Below are positions 61,707-64,000 of a DNA stretch of 64,000 nt, in pieces. The stretch covers positions 6,857 to 70,856 of the forward strand of contig JAQTNC010000005.1 of the NCBI GenBank assembly GCA_028714475.1. Direction: 5' to 3'. This stretch comes from Patescibacteria group bacterium (lineage in GTDB: Bacteria; Patescibacteriota; Patescibacteriia; SG8-24). The notes under the pieces are model-generated. The model worked only from the letters and a program-made list of their open reading frames with translations. It did no database searches and was not told where the DNA came from. A program made the position numbers and the translations under genes. The stretch's first letter is position 1. Every line of letters begins with the position of its first letter.

Positions 61707-64000
61707 CGCCGATTTTTGTCGTTTCCCCGGTGACTGCCTTGCCGGTCGAGCCAGTCGCCGCCGTACCCATCGTCTCGACGAGCGGAAGCGTTCTCTTGAC
61801 GCTGGTTTTGGTTTTTGTCGGCTTGGCCTTGGGCATCGTCGTCATCTTGAACGTCATCCGTCATTTCATGCGCCGACGCTTCCAGACCGGCGCGGCTTTC
61901 CGGCGCGTGGTCATTCTTGTGACCGTGCCGAAGGAAACGCAGGAGAAAGGCGAGTCCGGCATGAAGGAAAAGGAACTGCGCGAGATTCAGGAGGACATCG
62001 GGGTCATGGAGAGCGTTTTCGCGAGCATCGGCGGTTTGCCCGCGGAGAAGGGCATCACGTCCTGGTTTGTTGGCCGCCAGGACGCCTTTTCGTTCGAGAT
62101 TGTCTCGCAACAAGGGCTGGTCTCCTTTTATATCGCCGTCCCGGAATCGCGCAAGGATTTCATCGAACAGCAGGTTCACGCCCATTTCCCGCACGCGCAG
62201 ATCGAGGAAGTCGAGGATTACAACGTTTTCGTCCCGAACGGGGCCGTGGTGGCCGCTCGATTGCTGTTCCGTCGGATGCCGGCCTTCCCGCTCAAGACCT
62301 TCCGCAAGCTGGAGCACGATCCGCTGAACGCGCTCGCGAACGCGCTCGCCAAGGTGGACAAGGCGGATGGCGCGGCCATTCAGGTCGTCGTCCGCTCGTC
62401 GCGGCGGCGCTGGCGGCGGCGCGGCGCCAGGTTCACGAGCGCCATGCAGCAGGGCAAGACCATGAATCAGGCCTTGGCGGAGACGACTTGGCGCGGGCAG
62501 GTTCTCAAGGCGTTCATGTTGGCCAAGCCGAAGACCGTCGAACAGGGCGGCAAGGAGCACAAGCTTTCACCGCTCGAGGAAGAGATGGTCAAGTCAATGG
62601 AGGAGAAGATCTCCAAGTTCGGGCTCGATGCGAACGTGCGGGTGGTGGCGTCGGCCGCGACCGCCGAGCGCGCCAGCCTTTACGTCAACAACATCATCGG
62701 CGCTTTCAGCCAATTCAACAGCCCGCAGTACGGCAATTCCCTGGTGCGCAGCAACCCCAGCCAAAAGCGGCTCATTCATGATTTCATCTACCGTCATTTC
62801 CGCGAACGTGGCCATTTGGTGCTGAACGGCGAGGAGCTGGCGAGCATGTACCATTTTCCGCTGCCTTCGACCGAAACGCCGAACATCCGCTGGCTGACCG
62901 CGCGCAAGGCCGCGCCGCCGTCCAACCTGCCGAAGGAGGGCCTGTATCTCGGTGAAGTCGAGTATCGCGGCATCACCACGCCGGTGTTCATCAAGCCGGG
63001 CGACCGCCTGCGCCATATGTACTGCATCGGCAAGTCCGGTGCCGGCAAGTCGGAGTTCATCGCCAACCTCGCCGCGCAGGACGTGAAAAACGGCGACGGC
63101 CTCTGCATCATCGATCCGCACGGCGACCTCGTGGAAACCGTGCTCGGTTGCGTGCCGCGGGAACGGGCCGACGACGTGGTCGTGTTCGACCCATCGGACA
63201 TGGACCGGCCAATCGGTCTCAACATGCTCGAGGCCCCGAGCGAGGAGATGAAGGATTTCGTCTGCGGCGAGATGATCGCCATCTTCTACAAGCTCTTCCC
63301 GCCGGAGATGATCGGCCCGATGTTCGAGCACAACATGCGCAACTTCATGTTGACGCTCATGTCGGACCGCGACAACCCGGGTACCATCGCCGAGGTGCCG
63401 CGCCTCATCGTTGATCCGGAATACCAGAAGCAGTGGGTGAAGAAGGTCCGCGATCCGGTCGTGCTCAATTTTTGGGAGAAGGAAATCGCCAAGACCTCGG
63501 ACTTCCACAAGTCGGAGATGTTCGGCTACCTCATCTCCAAGGTCGGCCGCTTCGTCGAGAACGCGATGATGCGCAACATCATCGGCCAGCAGAAATCGGC
63601 CTTCGACTTCCGCAAGATCATGGATGAGCGGAAAATCTTCCTCGTGAACCTGTCGAAAGGCAAGATCGGCGACATCAACGCGAACCTGCTCGGTCTCATC
63701 ATCGTCACCAAGCTGCAGATGGCGGCCATGGGCCGCGCCGACATGCCGGCCAGCGAGCGCAAGCCATTCTACCTTTACATCGACGAGTTCCAGAATTTCA
63801 TCACGCCGTCCGTCGCGACGATTCTCTCCGAGGCGCGCAAATACGCCTTGAGCCTCTACTTGAGCCATCAGTACCTCGGTCAGCTTTCGCCTAAGGGCGA
63901 CAACGAGATTCGCGACGCCGTGCTCGGCAACGCCGGCACGATCATGTGCGGGCGCATCGGCGTCGAGGACGCGCAGTACCTGGAAAAAGAGTTCGCGCCG
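61703..64000 (+). CDS. membrane-anchored P-loop ATPase of the VirB4/TrbE-HerA/FtsK (DUF87-like) superfamily; 3' end beyond the window. Not present in the supplied ORF track
   Basis: Hand translation from the ATG at 61703 is open to the window end (766 codons). N-terminal TM (LLTLVLVFVGLALGIVVILNVI). Walker A at about residue 445 (MYCIGKSGAGKSEF), followed by LCIIDPHGDL. Walker B at FYLYIDEFQNF. The track lists only antisense and off-frame shadows here. Confidence 0.6.
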   Translation, partial: MTPIFVVSPVTALPVEPVAAVPIVSTSGSVLLTLVLVFVGLALGIVVILNVIRHFMRRRFQTGAAFRRVVILVTVPKETQEKGESGMKEKELREIQEDIGVMESVFASIGGLPAEKGITSWFVGRQDAFSFEIVSQQGLVSFYIAVPESRKDFIEQQVHAHFPHAQIEEVEDYNVFVPNGAVVAARLLFRRMPAFPLKTFRKLEHDPLNALANALAKVDKADGAAIQVVVRSSRRRWRRRGARFTSAMQQGKTMNQALAETTWRGQVLKAFMLAKPKTVEQGGKEHKLSPLEEEMVKSMEEKISKFGLDANVRVVASAATAERASLYVNNIIGAFSQFNSPQYGNSLVRSNPSQKRLIHDFIYRHFRERGHLVLNGEELASMYHFPLPSTETPNIRWLTARKAAPPSNLPKEGLYLGEVEYRGITTPVFIKPGDRLRHMYCIGKSGAGKSEFIANLAAQDVKNGDGLCIIDPHGDLVETVLGCVPRERADDVVVFDPSDMDRPIGLNMLEAPSEEMKDFVCGEMIAIFYKLFPPEMIGPMFEHNMRNFMLTLMSDRDNPGTIAEVPRLIVDPEYQKQWVKKVRDPVVLNFWEKEIAKTSDFHKSEMFGYLISKVGRFVENAMMRNIIGQQKSAFDFRKIMDERKIFLVNLSKGKIGDINANLLGLIIVTKLQMAAMGRADMPASERKPFYLYIDEFQNFITPSVATILSEARKYALSLYLSHQYLGQLSPKGDNEIRDAVLGNAGTIMCGRIGVEDAQYLEKEFAP

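Noticed and set aside
61454-63868. Long minus-strand ORFs (61454..62560, 62594..63868) and the + ORF 61681..62781 in the track
   Set aside because: They are GC-frame shadows of the real + strand ATPase ORF starting at 61703. Their translations are Arg/Ala/Gly-rich with no motifs. The true frame shows TM plus Walker A/B motifs.

Overview
This 64-kb window is a gene-dense, high-GC (roughly 60-65%) bacterial chromosomal segment, mostly + strand. The organism is probably a diderm: the window carries LpxC, a signal-peptide beta-barrel OMP-like protein and a Pit-family phosphate transporter.

Housekeeping genes:
- a CIRCE-regulated hrcA-grpE-dnaK operon with a histidine-phosphatase gene wedged between grpE and dnaK, and dnaJ displaced about 2.8 kb downstream;
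- cysS, yidC and cspA;
- a HI0933-type flavoprotein and a CapA-family protein.

Accessory and unusual content:
- an AT-rich island (about 0.3-2.9 kb) with a HEPN-domain gene pair and two membrane proteins;
- a Fic protein behind a near-consensus promoter embedded in two palindromes;
- three sensor histidine kinases paired with a V4R protein or periplasmic binding proteins, with no response regulator in the window;
- abundant REP/MITE-like GC-rich intergenic repeats, including a GIY-YIG nuclease gene flanked by inverted repeats;
- a 12.5-kb cluster (47.4-59.9 kb) of secreted fibre-like proteins, including giants of ~990 and 1914 aa. They are built from a shared Cys-rich N-terminal module, ~130-aa repeat modules, a shared Cys-rich C-terminal domain and a phage tail-fibre-type S74 intramolecular-chaperone domain. 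A membrane protein carrying the same N-module sits just downstream;
- a long ORF that runs off the 3' window edge (61703 to the window end), and so is missing from the ORF track. It encodes a membrane-anchored VirB4/HerA-like P-loop ATPase.

No rRNA, tRNA or CRISPR array was recognised.
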